A DNA stretch of 64,000 nt from Lentisphaerota bacterium (lineage in GTDB: Bacteria > Verrucomicrobiota > Lentisphaeria > Victivallales > UBA1829), in assembly GCA_015061915.1 (NCBI GenBank), contig SUVR01000001.1, positions 7,976-71,975 of the forward strand, in the 5' to 3' direction. A program made the translations under genes and the position numbers. The notes beneath the pieces were generated by a model that saw only the letters and a program-made list of their open reading frames with translations, had not been told where the DNA came from and searched no databases. Every line of letters starts with the position of its first letter. Within the stretch, counting starts at the first letter, position 1. Positions 8,934 to 18,619 of this stretch are shown here, in pieces.

Positions 8934-9889
8934 ATTTCTTCTTCTCTCTTTCCATCGTGGTTGAGGATCTTCTGTTCCTGCAGAAATTTCAGCAATTCTC
9001 CGGACCACGCCGCCGTTTCGGGATAAAGCTGTTTTTGTTTTTCATTCAGGAGTCCCATTCCGTGGGGACCGTGCTGAAAGATCAATGTCTTATGGGGGAT
9101 ATTATGTTTTTTCAATGCTGCATCCATCTGTTTTCCGTTTTCCGGATCAACGCATTGGTCTTCCAGTGTCAGCCACAGAAAAGTGGGTGGGAAACCGGGT
9201 GCGACCTGTTTTTCGAGGGAAAGAGCATCTATTTGTTCCGGGGTCGGATTGCTTCCCAGCAGATTGCTCCGGCTGGTCTTGTGGGCAGCTGTATCCATGG
9301 TAACGACCGGATAGCACATGATCACAAAGTCCGGTTTGGCGGAAAACCGTTTGACCGGATCTGCGGCATCTTTTTCACCTTCCGTATTGCCCAGTGCGGT
9401 CAGCGCGGCAAGGTGTCCTCCTGCCGATGAACCCATCGTGCCGACTTTCGCAGGATCAATGTTCAACGCCTTGGCATGAATACGGATCAGCCGCACCGTA
9501 TGTTGTGCCGCCTGCTGCATGGCGGGGTGTCGCCGGAAATGACCGAAGATCGAGCCCAGCGGATATTTGACTACGATCCCTGCAACGCCGTTCGCCGCAA
9601 GAAATTTTGCATATTCCGTCCCTTCCACATGGAAATCCAGCACCCCGTACGCTCCGCCGGGGAATATGATTGCCGCCGGTACGGGCTTGGTTGTTTTTGC
9701 CGGCAAAAAGATCTGAAGCGCACAGAACCAGTCGTCATCATACAAGTGATATGTTTTTTTACCGGGTTGATGCTTTGCTGCGTTTGCGATTTCGAATGTC
9801 GGTTCATCGGGCAGGACAAAGAGAAAACAGCCGGAAAGCAGCAGGAGTGCAGCTGCACAGAAAAAAAGACTGACCCATTTCCGACTCAT
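8930..9889 (-). CDS. alpha/beta-hydrolase (esterase/lipase-like) lipoprotein
   Basis: Signal peptide with lipobox LLLLSGC. GSSAGGH nucleophile elbow (GxSxG). Confidence 0.7.
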   Translation of the reverse strand: MSRKWVSLFFCAAALLLLSGCFLFVLPDEPTFEIANAAKHQPGKKTYHLYDDDWFCALQIFLPAKTTKPVPAAIIFPGGAYGVLDFHVEGTEYAKFLAANGVAGIVVKYPLGSIFGHFRRHPAMQQAAQHTVRLIRIHAKALNIDPAKVGTMGSSAGGHLAALTALGNTEGEKDAADPVKRFSAKPDFVIMCYPVVTMDTAAHKTSRSNLLGSNPTPEQIDALSLEKQVAPGFPPTFLWLTLEDQCVDPENGKQMDAALKKHNIPHKTLIFQHGPHGMGLLNEKQKQLYPETAAWSGELLKFLQEQKILNHDGKREEEI

Positions 9890-9915
9890 ATTTGTCCGTA
9901 TATTTTGTGTTCGTA

Positions 9916-10413
9916 TTACAGTTCTGTTACGCCGTCGTCGATCAGATACGGCATCTCCTCGTGGACCGTCGTATTGCCGGAGATCACTTTTGTATCCAGT
10001 TTGATATATTTGATCGTGCCGTCTGCCAGTACGGTCCCTTCCATATCCATAAGCTGGGATTCCACTACCACAAAACGGCTGGTCTCCCGCACAACCACAC
10101 CCTTTGCGATCAGGTCAGTTGCGTAGGGGACCGGCTTGCGGTAGTTTGTGGTCAGGTTGATGGTGACACCGAAATCTTTTTCTTCGCCGCCGTGATATGC
10201 CCAGAGTCCCCGCAGTCCCAGTTCATCCAGCATGGCAGTGATCAGCCCGCCGTGAACACGCCCCGGATAACTCTGGTGATTCGGGTGATACTGAAATTTC
10301 GTCATTACGCTGCCGTCTTCCATGTTGTAAAAAGCGGCACGCACACCGAATTCATTGTCAAGTCCGCAAATAATGCACATTTTACTGTTGCGCTGTCTGC
10401 TCAAAACTTTCAT
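9916..10413 (-). CDS. PaaI/4HBT-family hotdog thioesterase
   Basis: HGGLITAMLDE motif. Start set at MKVLSRQ (ATG 10413) with AAGGAG 8 nt upstream. This is the first gene of the minus-strand cluster. Confidence 0.75.
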   Translation of the reverse strand: MKVLSRQRNSKMCIICGLDNEFGVRAAFYNMEDGSVMTKFQYHPNHQSYPGRVHGGLITAMLDELGLRGLWAYHGGEEKDFGVTINLTTNYRKPVPYATDLIAKGVVVRETSRFVVVESQLMDMEGTVLADGTIKYIKLDTKVISGNTTVHEEMPYLIDDGVTEL

Positions 10414-10552
10414 TTGCTGCTCCTTGTTCCGGTAAAGATTATTTTTCTGTAATTTATAGCAAAAAAAAGAAAAGTCAAGGCTTGAACCGGGGCGGATCAC
10501 GGTTTAAAGTAATGCGTGAACACAAAAGGAAATTACCCGAAGGAGATTTTTT

Positions 10553-11776
10553 ATGGATAATACCCGCCTCAAAGCCTATGCCGAATTGATCGTGAAGAAG
10601 GGGCTTAACCCCGATCCCGGTCAGGAAGTGATCATTCTCGCCGCTCTGGATCAGCCGGAATTTGTGCGGCTGGTCGCTGAAGAATGTTACCGTGCCGGTG
10701 CCGCAAAAGTTACTGTGGATTGGCAGGATATGCCCCTGAACAAGTTGGCGCAGCTCTATCAGACTGAGGAAAAACTCGGATCCATCGAGGATTGGGAGAT
10801 CGAAAAACTCAAGTGGCGCGTGGAAAAACTGCCCGCTTTTCTCTGGCTGGATTCCGATGATCCGGACGGCATGGACGGCATTGATCAGGGCAAGCGTGCC
10901 CGCGCTCAGATGGCTCGTTTCCCGAAGATCAAACCTTACCGCGATGCCATGGAAAACCGCTTTCAGTGGTGTATCGCCGGAGTCCCCGGAAAGGAATGGG
11001 CGTGCAAAGTCTTCCCCGGTATTTCTGCGGAGGAGGCTGTGGAAAAACTGTGGGAAGCGATCCTGACCACCGCCCGCGCGGAAGGGGATCCCATCGCCAA
11101 CTGGGAGGAACACAACCGGGTCATCCACGAGCGCTGCAGCGCCCTGAACGACTATAAGTTTATCGCACTGGAGTATCAGAGCAGCAACGGCACGGATTTC
11201 CGTGTCGGACTGATGGAGCAGGGCATCTTTGCCGGTGGCGCGGAAAAAGATCTTTCCGGACGCATCTTTAACCCGAACATCCCCTCCGAAGAAATCTTCA
11301 CCAGCCCGAAACGGGGCGAGGCGGAAGGGGTGCTTGTCTCTACGAAACCCCTTTCCTGGCAGGGCAGCCTGATCGAAAACTTTTCCATCCGGTTCGAGAA
11401 GGGGAAAGCCGTGGAGGTCAAAGCGGAGAAAGGGCAGGAAGCGTTGGAACGGATGATCGCCATGGATGAGGGCGCGGCGTATCTGGGCGAATGTGCCCTC
11501 ATCGGCTGGGATTCCCCCATCAACCGGACCGGGATCCTCTTTTACAGCACCCTTTACGACGAAAACGCCAGCTGTCATGTGGCGCTGGGACGCGGCTTTG
11601 AAAACTGCGTTGCCGATTACGACAAGTACAGCCAGGAACAGCTCCGCGCCATGGGCGTCAACGACAGCATGATCCATGTGGACTTTATGATCGGCTGTCG
11701 GGATCTCAATATCACCGGGATCACAGCCGACGGACGGAAGATTCCCGTCTTCCGGTTCGGCGAATGGTGTTTCTGA
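10553..11776 (+). CDS. M29-family aminopeptidase (AmpS/PepS-like)
   Basis: 407 aa. The N-terminus MDNTRLKAYAELIVKKGLNPDPGQEVII is typical of aminopeptidase T/S family proteins. Confidence 0.75.
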   Translation: MDNTRLKAYAELIVKKGLNPDPGQEVIILAALDQPEFVRLVAEECYRAGAAKVTVDWQDMPLNKLAQLYQTEEKLGSIEDWEIEKLKWRVEKLPAFLWLDSDDPDGMDGIDQGKRARAQMARFPKIKPYRDAMENRFQWCIAGVPGKEWACKVFPGISAEEAVEKLWEAILTTARAEGDPIANWEEHNRVIHERCSALNDYKFIALEYQSSNGTDFRVGLMEQGIFAGGAEKDLSGRIFNPNIPSEEIFTSPKRGEAEGVLVSTKPLSWQGSLIENFSIRFEKGKAVEVKAEKGQEALERMIAMDEGAAYLGECALIGWDSPINRTGILFYSTLYDENASCHVALGRGFENCVADYDKYSQEQLRAMGVNDSMIHVDFMIGCRDLNITGITADGRKIPVFRFGEWCF

Positions 11777-12823
11777 TCAGGAAACAGTCCAGCGGCAGTA
11801 ATTCAGTTCTGCGCTCATTCCGTTGTGTTCATACCAGAGCGTAAAGAATGTGCCGTCCGGCATTTCGACGGTGGAAGGATATCCGAGATCTCTGTTCAGC
11901 CCACGGTCATGGATGATCCATTCTTCTCCCCAGGTTTTGCCGCCGTCTGCTGAAAACATTGCCCGGACACCGAATGGTTCTTTGCGCCAGCCGTATGTCA
12001 TGAGCAGATTCCCGTTTCGGGTACGCTGCAGGAATGAAGGAAAACCGTCGCAGATGTAATGCGGTTCACTCCATGTCGCACCGCCATCCATTGATTCCGT
12101 CTGCCATGTCCGTGTAATACATTCCTCTTTTCTGCAGGCGCGGATCTGGACAATGAGATCCCCGTTTTCCGTTTCCGCCGCATGAAGTTCGTGACAATTC
12201 GCATTTTCGTGTTCCGGCGGCGGTGGGATCTGCCCGATGATCTGCCAGGTTTTGCCGTTATCATCGGAAATACTGGCTGCCATTTCCGGTTTCATCATTG
12301 CCGAATCGACCGGATAATAGGAGTGTACTTTTCCGGGCATGAAAAGACGACCGCTTTTCAACAGGACCGGTCCGTGGGGATTGTTGACGGCGGTCCGGTA
12401 TTTTTCGCTCCAGGTCAACCCGTTATCCGTGGAGCGACGCATCCACAGACCATGTTCATCCCGCAATGTTTCGAGTGAAATACTGCGTGCAACCACATCC
12501 CATGGATGGGGTTTTCCCCATTTTTCCAGAATGGTGGCAACACTGGTGAAGTAGTTGACCAGAATTGAGCCGTCTGCTGCAATACAGATTCCCGCATCCC
12601 GGTCATCCAGTGGCCCCTGACTCAGAAATTCCGGAGCGGTCCAGGTTTCTCCACCATCCTTGGAACGATAGAAAAATACGCGTCCGTATGGACACATGTG
12701 TCCTTCCCGGTTTCCGGAGCAGACGGCGAGCAGTTCGCCGCTTTCCGTAATTGCCACGGTTGGCCAGCCGTGATAGGTTGGATTCAATGTGATTTTTCCG
12801 GTTTTGAGCTTTTTTACATTCAT
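11777..12823 (-). CDS. BNR/Asp-box repeat protein, sialidase-like (GH33-like), no signal peptide seen
   Basis: Five SxDxGxTW Asp-boxes: SKDGGETW, STDNGLTW, SDDNGKTW, SMDGGATW, SADGGKTW. Confidence 0.7.
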   Translation of the reverse strand: MNVKKLKTGKITLNPTYHGWPTVAITESGELLAVCSGNREGHMCPYGRVFFYRSKDGGETWTAPEFLSQGPLDDRDAGICIAADGSILVNYFTSVATILEKWGKPHPWDVVARSISLETLRDEHGLWMRRSTDNGLTWSEKYRTAVNNPHGPVLLKSGRLFMPGKVHSYYPVDSAMMKPEMAASISDDNGKTWQIIGQIPPPPEHENANCHELHAAETENGDLIVQIRACRKEECITRTWQTESMDGGATWSEPHYICDGFPSFLQRTRNGNLLMTYGWRKEPFGVRAMFSADGGKTWGEEWIIHDRGLNRDLGYPSTVEMPDGTFFTLWYEHNGMSAELNYCRWTVS

Positions 12824-12941
12824 TTTTTTATCTCCTGTTTGAAAGATGAATGGTTGGATGCTATTGTAACTTTAGGTCGCCGGAATGTTGTTTTCAATCA
12901 TACGGAAAAGTTATTGATCATACAAACAGGAACAAAAATAT

Positions 12942-13790
12942 ATGAATCTCTCGGAAGACAGAGATAAGATTGTTTCAGTATTGGAAAAAATCCTTTCAGA
13001 CCGTCCGCTGAACGCTTTCCGTTTTGCGGAACACTATATCGGGAACGGGGATGTGTCCGATGCCGTTATCCTGCCCATTCACCGTCTGACCTGTGTATTG
13101 GATGGGCAATTTTGTTTGAAAGTCGGCAGCGGCAGGCAGATCACGCAGGAAGTTTATTCTGCCGGAACGACATTGATGATGCGTCCGTTCTGTACGACGG
13201 CTTTCGCACCGGGGAGTTGCTGCGAAGCGTTCGGCCTTGTCTGCCGTCCCGGATTTTTACGGATCTTTTACTGCGAAGCAGAGGATGGCAGGCATTATTT
13301 TTATCACTTGAAGGATACGCTCCGCACCAGTACACACCATGCCCTTTCCGCCCTGTTCCATTTGCAAGATGACCGGGACTCCCGAAGTACGATGTCCGAC
13401 TTGCTGTATCTGGTTTTTACGCTCTTGAAAGAAGACCTGAAACGATCCCGGATCTGCGATTGCGGAAAATCCTTCCAGTTGTGGTGCCGGATCTCCGAGC
13501 GGTTGGAAGAATATTATGATGCCGATCCGACACGCAGCGAACTTGCCGCAGAATTTGAGGTGACAGAAACGTATATTTCCAGACTGTTCCGGCGGTATGC
13601 CGGTACGACATTCAAAGAATATCTGCGTCTGATACGGTTGAAAAAATCAGAACGTCTGCTGAATGAAACGAATCTGACAGTCAGTGAGATCGCATGGCAG
13701 TGCGGATTTCATTCCACCACTTATTTCATCCGCAGTTTCCGGTCGGTCCATCATGTTTCGCCCGGTCATTACCGGCGGCTGAAAAAATAA
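12942..13790 (+). CDS. AraC-family transcriptional regulator
   Basis: C-terminal double-HTH region (TETYISRLFRRYAGTTFKEYLRLIRLKKSERLL...IAWQCGFHSTTYFIRSFR). Confidence 0.85.
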   Translation: MNLSEDRDKIVSVLEKILSDRPLNAFRFAEHYIGNGDVSDAVILPIHRLTCVLDGQFCLKVGSGRQITQEVYSAGTTLMMRPFCTTAFAPGSCCEAFGLVCRPGFLRIFYCEAEDGRHYFYHLKDTLRTSTHHALSALFHLQDDRDSRSTMSDLLYLVFTLLKEDLKRSRICDCGKSFQLWCRISERLEEYYDADPTRSELAAEFEVTETYISRLFRRYAGTTFKEYLRLIRLKKSERLLNETNLTVSEIAWQCGFHSTTYFIRSFRSVHHVSPGHYRRLKK

Positions 13791-13856
13791 AAAACACACT
13801 TGAAAAAATAACAGGTGCGTACTATTTTAGAAGAGAAACTCAACAGGAGAGTAAAT

Positions 13857-14714
13857 ATGAAAACAAAAAAAATGATCGTGGGCGTCCTTTCCGGCTTCGG
13901 TCCGGAACTGGAAAATCCCTTCACAAAGATCGTGGGTCACGGCGTTGATGTGACCCAGGTGTGCAACTGGAAGGTCGATCTGTGGACCAAAGAAAACGCA
14001 AAGAAGATCAAGAAGTATGCGAAGGACAGCAAGATCCGGATCAACTCGTTCTGGTCCGGCTATACCGGTCCTGCCGTCTGGAACTTCATTGAAGGTCCCA
14101 CCACCCTCGGTCTGGTTCCCCCCGAATACCGGAAACAGCGCATCGCCGACCTGAAGAAGGGCGCAGACTTTGCCGAAATGATCGGCGCTCCCGCTATCGT
14201 GACCCATTGCGGTTTCATCCCGGAATATCCCGCCGACCCCCTGTATCAGGGCACGCTGGATGCCATCGGCGAAGTGGCGGAATACTGTAAGAAAAAAGGT
14301 CTCGGCTTCTGGTTTGAAACCGGGCAGGAAACGCCCACCACCCTGCTGCGTGTCATCGAAGATCTGGCACTGGATAACCTGGGGATCAACTTCGATACCG
14401 CAAATGTGATCCTTTACGGAAAAGCAAACCCGCTGGACGCTCTGGATGTCTTCGGCAAGTACGTGCGCTGTCTCCACGCCAAGGACGGTATGTACCCCAC
14501 CAACGGACGCAACCTCGGTCACGAAGTGCCCGTCGGCAAGGGCAAGAGCCAGTACAGCAAACTGATTCCGAAACTGAAAGAGATCGGCTACGAAGGCGAC
14601 CTGATCATCGAACGGGAAATCGGCGGCGAACAGCAGACCAAAGACATCATGAAGACCATCGTCTATCTGCGGAAACTGGTCGATAAAGCCGAAGCCAAGT
14701 ACGCGGCGAAATAA
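13857..14714 (+). CDS. sugar phosphate isomerase/epimerase (xylose isomerase-like TIM barrel)
   Basis: Family-typical layout. Start moved to ATG 13857 (MKTKKMIVGV) behind AGGAG. Confidence 0.7.
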   Translation: MKTKKMIVGVLSGFGPELENPFTKIVGHGVDVTQVCNWKVDLWTKENAKKIKKYAKDSKIRINSFWSGYTGPAVWNFIEGPTTLGLVPPEYRKQRIADLKKGADFAEMIGAPAIVTHCGFIPEYPADPLYQGTLDAIGEVAEYCKKKGLGFWFETGQETPTTLLRVIEDLALDNLGINFDTANVILYGKANPLDALDVFGKYVRCLHAKDGMYPTNGRNLGHEVPVGKGKSQYSKLIPKLKEIGYEGDLIIEREIGGEQQTKDIMKTIVYLRKLVDKAEAKYAAK

Positions 14715-14728
14715 GAGAAAGACATCAG

Positions 14729-14932
14729 GCGGGAAAAACCTTTCAGGAAAGGTTCTTTTCCCGCACCCTTTTTCCAAAGATTTTTACAGCGAAAGAGCAA
14801 AACGCAGTTTTTGCTCTTTCGCATTTTTTATACGCAGATAAAAAATGCGAAGCACGGAGTGAACACTCCGTGCTTCGCTGCAGAAGTCTTTGAGGGGGTG
14901 CCGGGGAAGCTTTCTTCAGAAAGTTCCCCGGC
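14729..14932. terminator. stack of four or five GC-rich stem-loops at a convergent gene junction
   Basis: Hairpins at about 14729..14764, 14789..14822 (14-bp stem), 14847..14878 (14-bp stem) and 14900..14932. CGCATTTTTTAT/ATAAAAAATGCG forms a bridging pair between the second and third hairpins. Confidence 0.6.
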
Positions 14933-14946
14933 AGAATCCCCTTCTC

Positions 14947-16296
14947 TTACTTATACTTCGGAAGCATATCGCCGTGCGCCTTGATGAGGTCGTCGCACAT
15001 CTTGATGATGGAATCGATGGGCAGTTCGGCGGAGGTATGGGGATCCAGCAGGGCTGCCTGATAGATCTTATCCTTCTTTCCGGTGAGGGCGGCTTCGATA
15101 GTGAGGAGCTGCACATTGATATTGGTCCGGTTCAGAGCGGCGCACTGTTCGGGCAGATCGCCAACATAAGTACCCTGAACGCCGTTCCGGTCTACGAGAC
15201 ACGGCACTTCCACCACGGCTTTCTGGGGCAGGTTGGGAATGAGACCATTGTTCAGCACGTTCCCGCCGATCCGGTACGGCGTATCGGTCACGATGGCGTT
15301 GATGATGCCGGAGCCGTATTCGCGGGAGAGGGTATGACCCAGCTTCGGATCTTCCTTCAGTTCGGCGTACTGTTTCTTCCAGCCGGCGATCTGGTTGATA
15401 CAGCGGCGCGGGTATTCATCCAGCGGGATGTTCCACTTGTCGATCAGTTCCGGATAGCCGCTCTTGATGAAGTAGGGCAGATATTCCGCATTGTGTTCGC
15501 TGGATTCCGTCACATAGTAGCCGAAACGGCGCATCATTTCCAGACGCACCATGTTCCAGGATTTCTGATCCTTCGGACCCTTCAGCCATTCTTTCAGTTT
15601 TTTATCGGCGACCTTCTTGATCTCGGGGTACAGGTCCTTGCCGTCTTCCGTGATCTCAAGCAGCCATGCCATGTGGTTGATCCCGGCGATCTTGGACTGG
15701 ATTTTATCGCGGCGTTCCTGCGTGTTTTCCAGCCCCAGCGCACCCAGCAGACTTTCCACGCAGACCTGCACGGAGTGGCAGAGACCCACGGTCTTGACAC
15801 TGGTGCCCTGAAGCATGGCACCGGTCAGCATCGCCATGGGGTTGGTGTAGTTGAGGAACCAGGCGTTGGGGGCGACTGCCTCCATATCACGGGCGAAATC
15901 CAGCATCACGGGGATGGTACGCAGACCGCGGAAGATCCCCCCGATCCCAAGCGTATCGGCGATGGTCTGACGCAGACCGTATTTTTTCGGGATCTCGAAG
16001 TCGATCACGGTGGAGGGTTCATAACCGCCGACCTGAATGGCATTGATCACAAAATCCGCCCCCTGCAAGGCTTTCCGACGGTTCTTCACGCCCAGTGCGG
16101 TGGAGATCTTTGCGCGACCGTCATTGATGTTCTTATTGATCACATTCAGGATGAACTCGGATTCTTTCAGCCGTTCTGCATCAATGTCGTACAGCACAAA
16201 TTCCGAATCCTTCAACGCCTCCCGGCACATACAGTCTCCGATCACATTCCGTGCGAATACGGTGCTGCCGGCACCCATAAATACGATTTTTGCCAT
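14947..16296 (-). CDS. GH4-family NAD-dependent alpha-galactosidase/alpha-glucosidase
   Basis: N-terminal MAKIVFMGAGSTVFARNVIGD Rossmann start typical of GH4 (MelA/AglA-like). 449 aa. Confidence 0.8.
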   Translation of the reverse strand: MAKIVFMGAGSTVFARNVIGDCMCREALKDSEFVLYDIDAERLKESEFILNVINKNINDGRAKISTALGVKNRRKALQGADFVINAIQVGGYEPSTVIDFEIPKKYGLRQTIADTLGIGGIFRGLRTIPVMLDFARDMEAVAPNAWFLNYTNPMAMLTGAMLQGTSVKTVGLCHSVQVCVESLLGALGLENTQERRDKIQSKIAGINHMAWLLEITEDGKDLYPEIKKVADKKLKEWLKGPKDQKSWNMVRLEMMRRFGYYVTESSEHNAEYLPYFIKSGYPELIDKWNIPLDEYPRRCINQIAGWKKQYAELKEDPKLGHTLSREYGSGIINAIVTDTPYRIGGNVLNNGLIPNLPQKAVVEVPCLVDRNGVQGTYVGDLPEQCAALNRTNINVQLLTIEAALTGKKDKIYQAALLDPHTSAELPIDSIIKMCDDLIKAHGDMLPKYK

Positions 16297-16324
16297 AGTT
16301 TTTTTCTCCTTGTGGTTTCATTAT

Positions 16325-17614
16325 TCAGTAGGCAATAAAATAACATTCCAGTTCTTTGAGCGTGACCGTGACTGTGTCGCCATTGACTTCCAGCTTTCTG
16401 CCGGTCCATACATCATTCAGAGATGCCGCATCAACGCCTTCCGGCAGATTCAGATCGGACACTTTGAACCGGATGGGACGCTCCTCCCAACCGATATTGA
16501 ACAATCCCAGCCAGCCGTGAGCCGGATCGTTCCGGTCCGGTGTCTGATAGATCGAAAGGTAACGCTGACCGAAGATCTGCTTTCCCATGATCCCGTTCTG
16601 ATTGCACTTGAGCATTTCCGGATTGGTCAGTAATGCAAATTCATCGTCATCTGTTTTTTCCAGATTGCCGCCGTAAAGGATCGGCGTGGCGGAAAGTGCG
16701 TGCTGGGTGATGAACGTGCGTTTCTGTTCCATGTTCAGACGGCTTCTGCGGCGGCGGTCCAGATCGTGCGGCACATCCAGCACCACACCTTCCGGAATGT
16801 AGGACTGCAGTTCGCCGAAGGGGACCATATCCAGATCCATCCAGCAATCCGGTCCGCTCTGATTTTCAAAAATATCCCAGCGGGTGAAACGTTTGTGAAT
16901 ATCATCCGGGCGATCCCACACATCCCCGGAGATCCGCAGCATATTCGCATACTTCCGGTAAACCGGCAGATTGCAGCGGCAGGACCGGTCACCGGGAGAG
17001 AGACTCAGAAAGATGGGGCGGGAGGCTTTTTCAATGGCTCTGCCCACTGCGGCGATCTCGTCCGGCGATTCTGTAATATCATCCACTTTCAGAAAATCCA
17101 CACCGTTTTCATCGAAGTACCGGATCACGCTGTCGTAATATTCCTGGGCGCCGGGCTTGCTCATATCCACACCGTAGTTGGGAACGCCCCACTCGCAGGT
17201 GTTGATGGTGTCGATAATATCCCCGGCGTGCAGATCGATCCCCATGATCTTTGTATTGCGTTCCACTGCCAGCTTCGGAATACCCCGGAAAAAATGGATC
17301 CCGAACTTGATTCCGTTGGCGTGACAATAGTCCGTAATGAACTTGAGTCCGTGGGGAAACTTGACCTTTGACGCATTCCAGCGACCGAACTCATCCAGTT
17401 CATTGGAGCCTTTCCGTTCCGGATCGCGTTCTGCGTGAAAGGGATCATCGCAGTACCAGGCGGCATCAAAGCAGAAATATTCATATCCGTGTGGTTTCAG
17501 TTTCTTTACAAAAATATCGATCGCACGCAATGCGATCTCTTCCGTCATGTAGAGACTCCAGCAGTCGTAGGAGTTTGTGCCGAGAACCGGTTTGGGTGTG
17601 CTTTCAATTTTCAT
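16325..17614 (-). CDS. GH27-like alpha-galactosidase (melibiase-fold)
   Basis: GYEYFCFDAAWY, GIKFGIHFFRG and FLKVDD resemble the GH27 GYEY..DD.W / GLKFGIY / DYLKYD motifs. Start moved to ATG 17614 (MKIEST). Confidence 0.6.
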   Translation of the reverse strand: MKIESTPKPVLGTNSYDCWSLYMTEEIALRAIDIFVKKLKPHGYEYFCFDAAWYCDDPFHAERDPERKGSNELDEFGRWNASKVKFPHGLKFITDYCHANGIKFGIHFFRGIPKLAVERNTKIMGIDLHAGDIIDTINTCEWGVPNYGVDMSKPGAQEYYDSVIRYFDENGVDFLKVDDITESPDEIAAVGRAIEKASRPIFLSLSPGDRSCRCNLPVYRKYANMLRISGDVWDRPDDIHKRFTRWDIFENQSGPDCWMDLDMVPFGELQSYIPEGVVLDVPHDLDRRRRSRLNMEQKRTFITQHALSATPILYGGNLEKTDDDEFALLTNPEMLKCNQNGIMGKQIFGQRYLSIYQTPDRNDPAHGWLGLFNIGWEERPIRFKVSDLNLPEGVDAASLNDVWTGRKLEVNGDTVTVTLKELECYFIAY

Positions 17615-17778
17615 AGGAATATTCCTTTCGTGCTGTATTATATACGCCGGATCGTTGAGAATCAATAGCAAAATTATGTGAAACATCAAAAAAATGTGCG
17701 GAATATGGAAAAAAGTTGAAAAATCCCGTTGAAAACTGCGGAAAAAATCTTACATTATGAGAAAATGAAAGGATTTTT

Positions 17779-18555
17779 ATGACTTTTCAGGAACTGATCC
17801 TGCTATCTGAAAAACGCAGCTCCTGCAGTGTGTCGGTGGAGACGCTGCATCCTGCATTCCGTGTGCGCCGGTCGTTGCAGGTGGGACCGGAACAGAAGCT
17901 GCATCACTCCCCGTTCTGCCGGAAAAAGAAACTGACCGAAGCGCTGCAGCCCCAATGCAGCTGCAACAAACAGCGCAGTCTGGAGATCGCACGGCGGGGC
18001 AGGGTATTCAGTGGATATTGTCCCCGGGGCTGGTGGGAGATCGCGTTTCCCTTTCTGTTCAACGGCGAACTGGCGGCTGTCTGCTACTTCGGCTGCGAAA
18101 AAATGCCGGATGGGACCGTGATGAAAAAGATTCATGCCGCCGGACGCTTCATGCTGGAGTATCTGCAGCTGGAATTTCTGCTCGCCGGATACGAAAATGA
18201 ACTGGGCGGGCAGACGAAGGACATTCCCCTGAAAGACCGGGTACAGTTGTATCTGGACCGGTACTATACGGAAGGCGCATCCCTCAAGGATCTGGCGGAT
18301 AAACTCCATTGTCACACCGGTTATCTGGGGGAACGGATCCGGGCGCAATTCGGAAAGACGTTCCGTCAGCTGCTGGCGGAACGGCGGGTGGAGGAGTCAA
18401 AAGTGTTTCTGAAACTGCATCGGGAATATACCGTTGGAAAGATCGCTTCTCTGTGCGGTTTTGACGACAGCAACTATTTCTCCTCGGTCTTCCGGAAGAT
18501 CACCGGCATTTCCCCTGCCGCCTACCGGAAACAACATCATTCCGGAGAACGCTGA
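17779..18555 (+). CDS. AraC-family transcriptional regulator
   Basis: C-terminal HTH region (LKDLADKLHCHTGYLGERIRAQFGKTFRQLL...IASLCGFDDSNYFSSVFRKITGISPAAYR). Confidence 0.8.
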   Translation: MTFQELILLSEKRSSCSVSVETLHPAFRVRRSLQVGPEQKLHHSPFCRKKKLTEALQPQCSCNKQRSLEIARRGRVFSGYCPRGWWEIAFPFLFNGELAAVCYFGCEKMPDGTVMKKIHAAGRFMLEYLQLEFLLAGYENELGGQTKDIPLKDRVQLYLDRYYTEGASLKDLADKLHCHTGYLGERIRAQFGKTFRQLLAERRVEESKVFLKLHREYTVGKIASLCGFDDSNYFSSVFRKITGISPAAYRKQHHSGER

Positions 18556-18619
18556 AATAAGAAAGCCGGCGGATCTGCTGTTTTTGCACATCCACCGGCA
18601 GAAAAACGCTTCCGGGATC

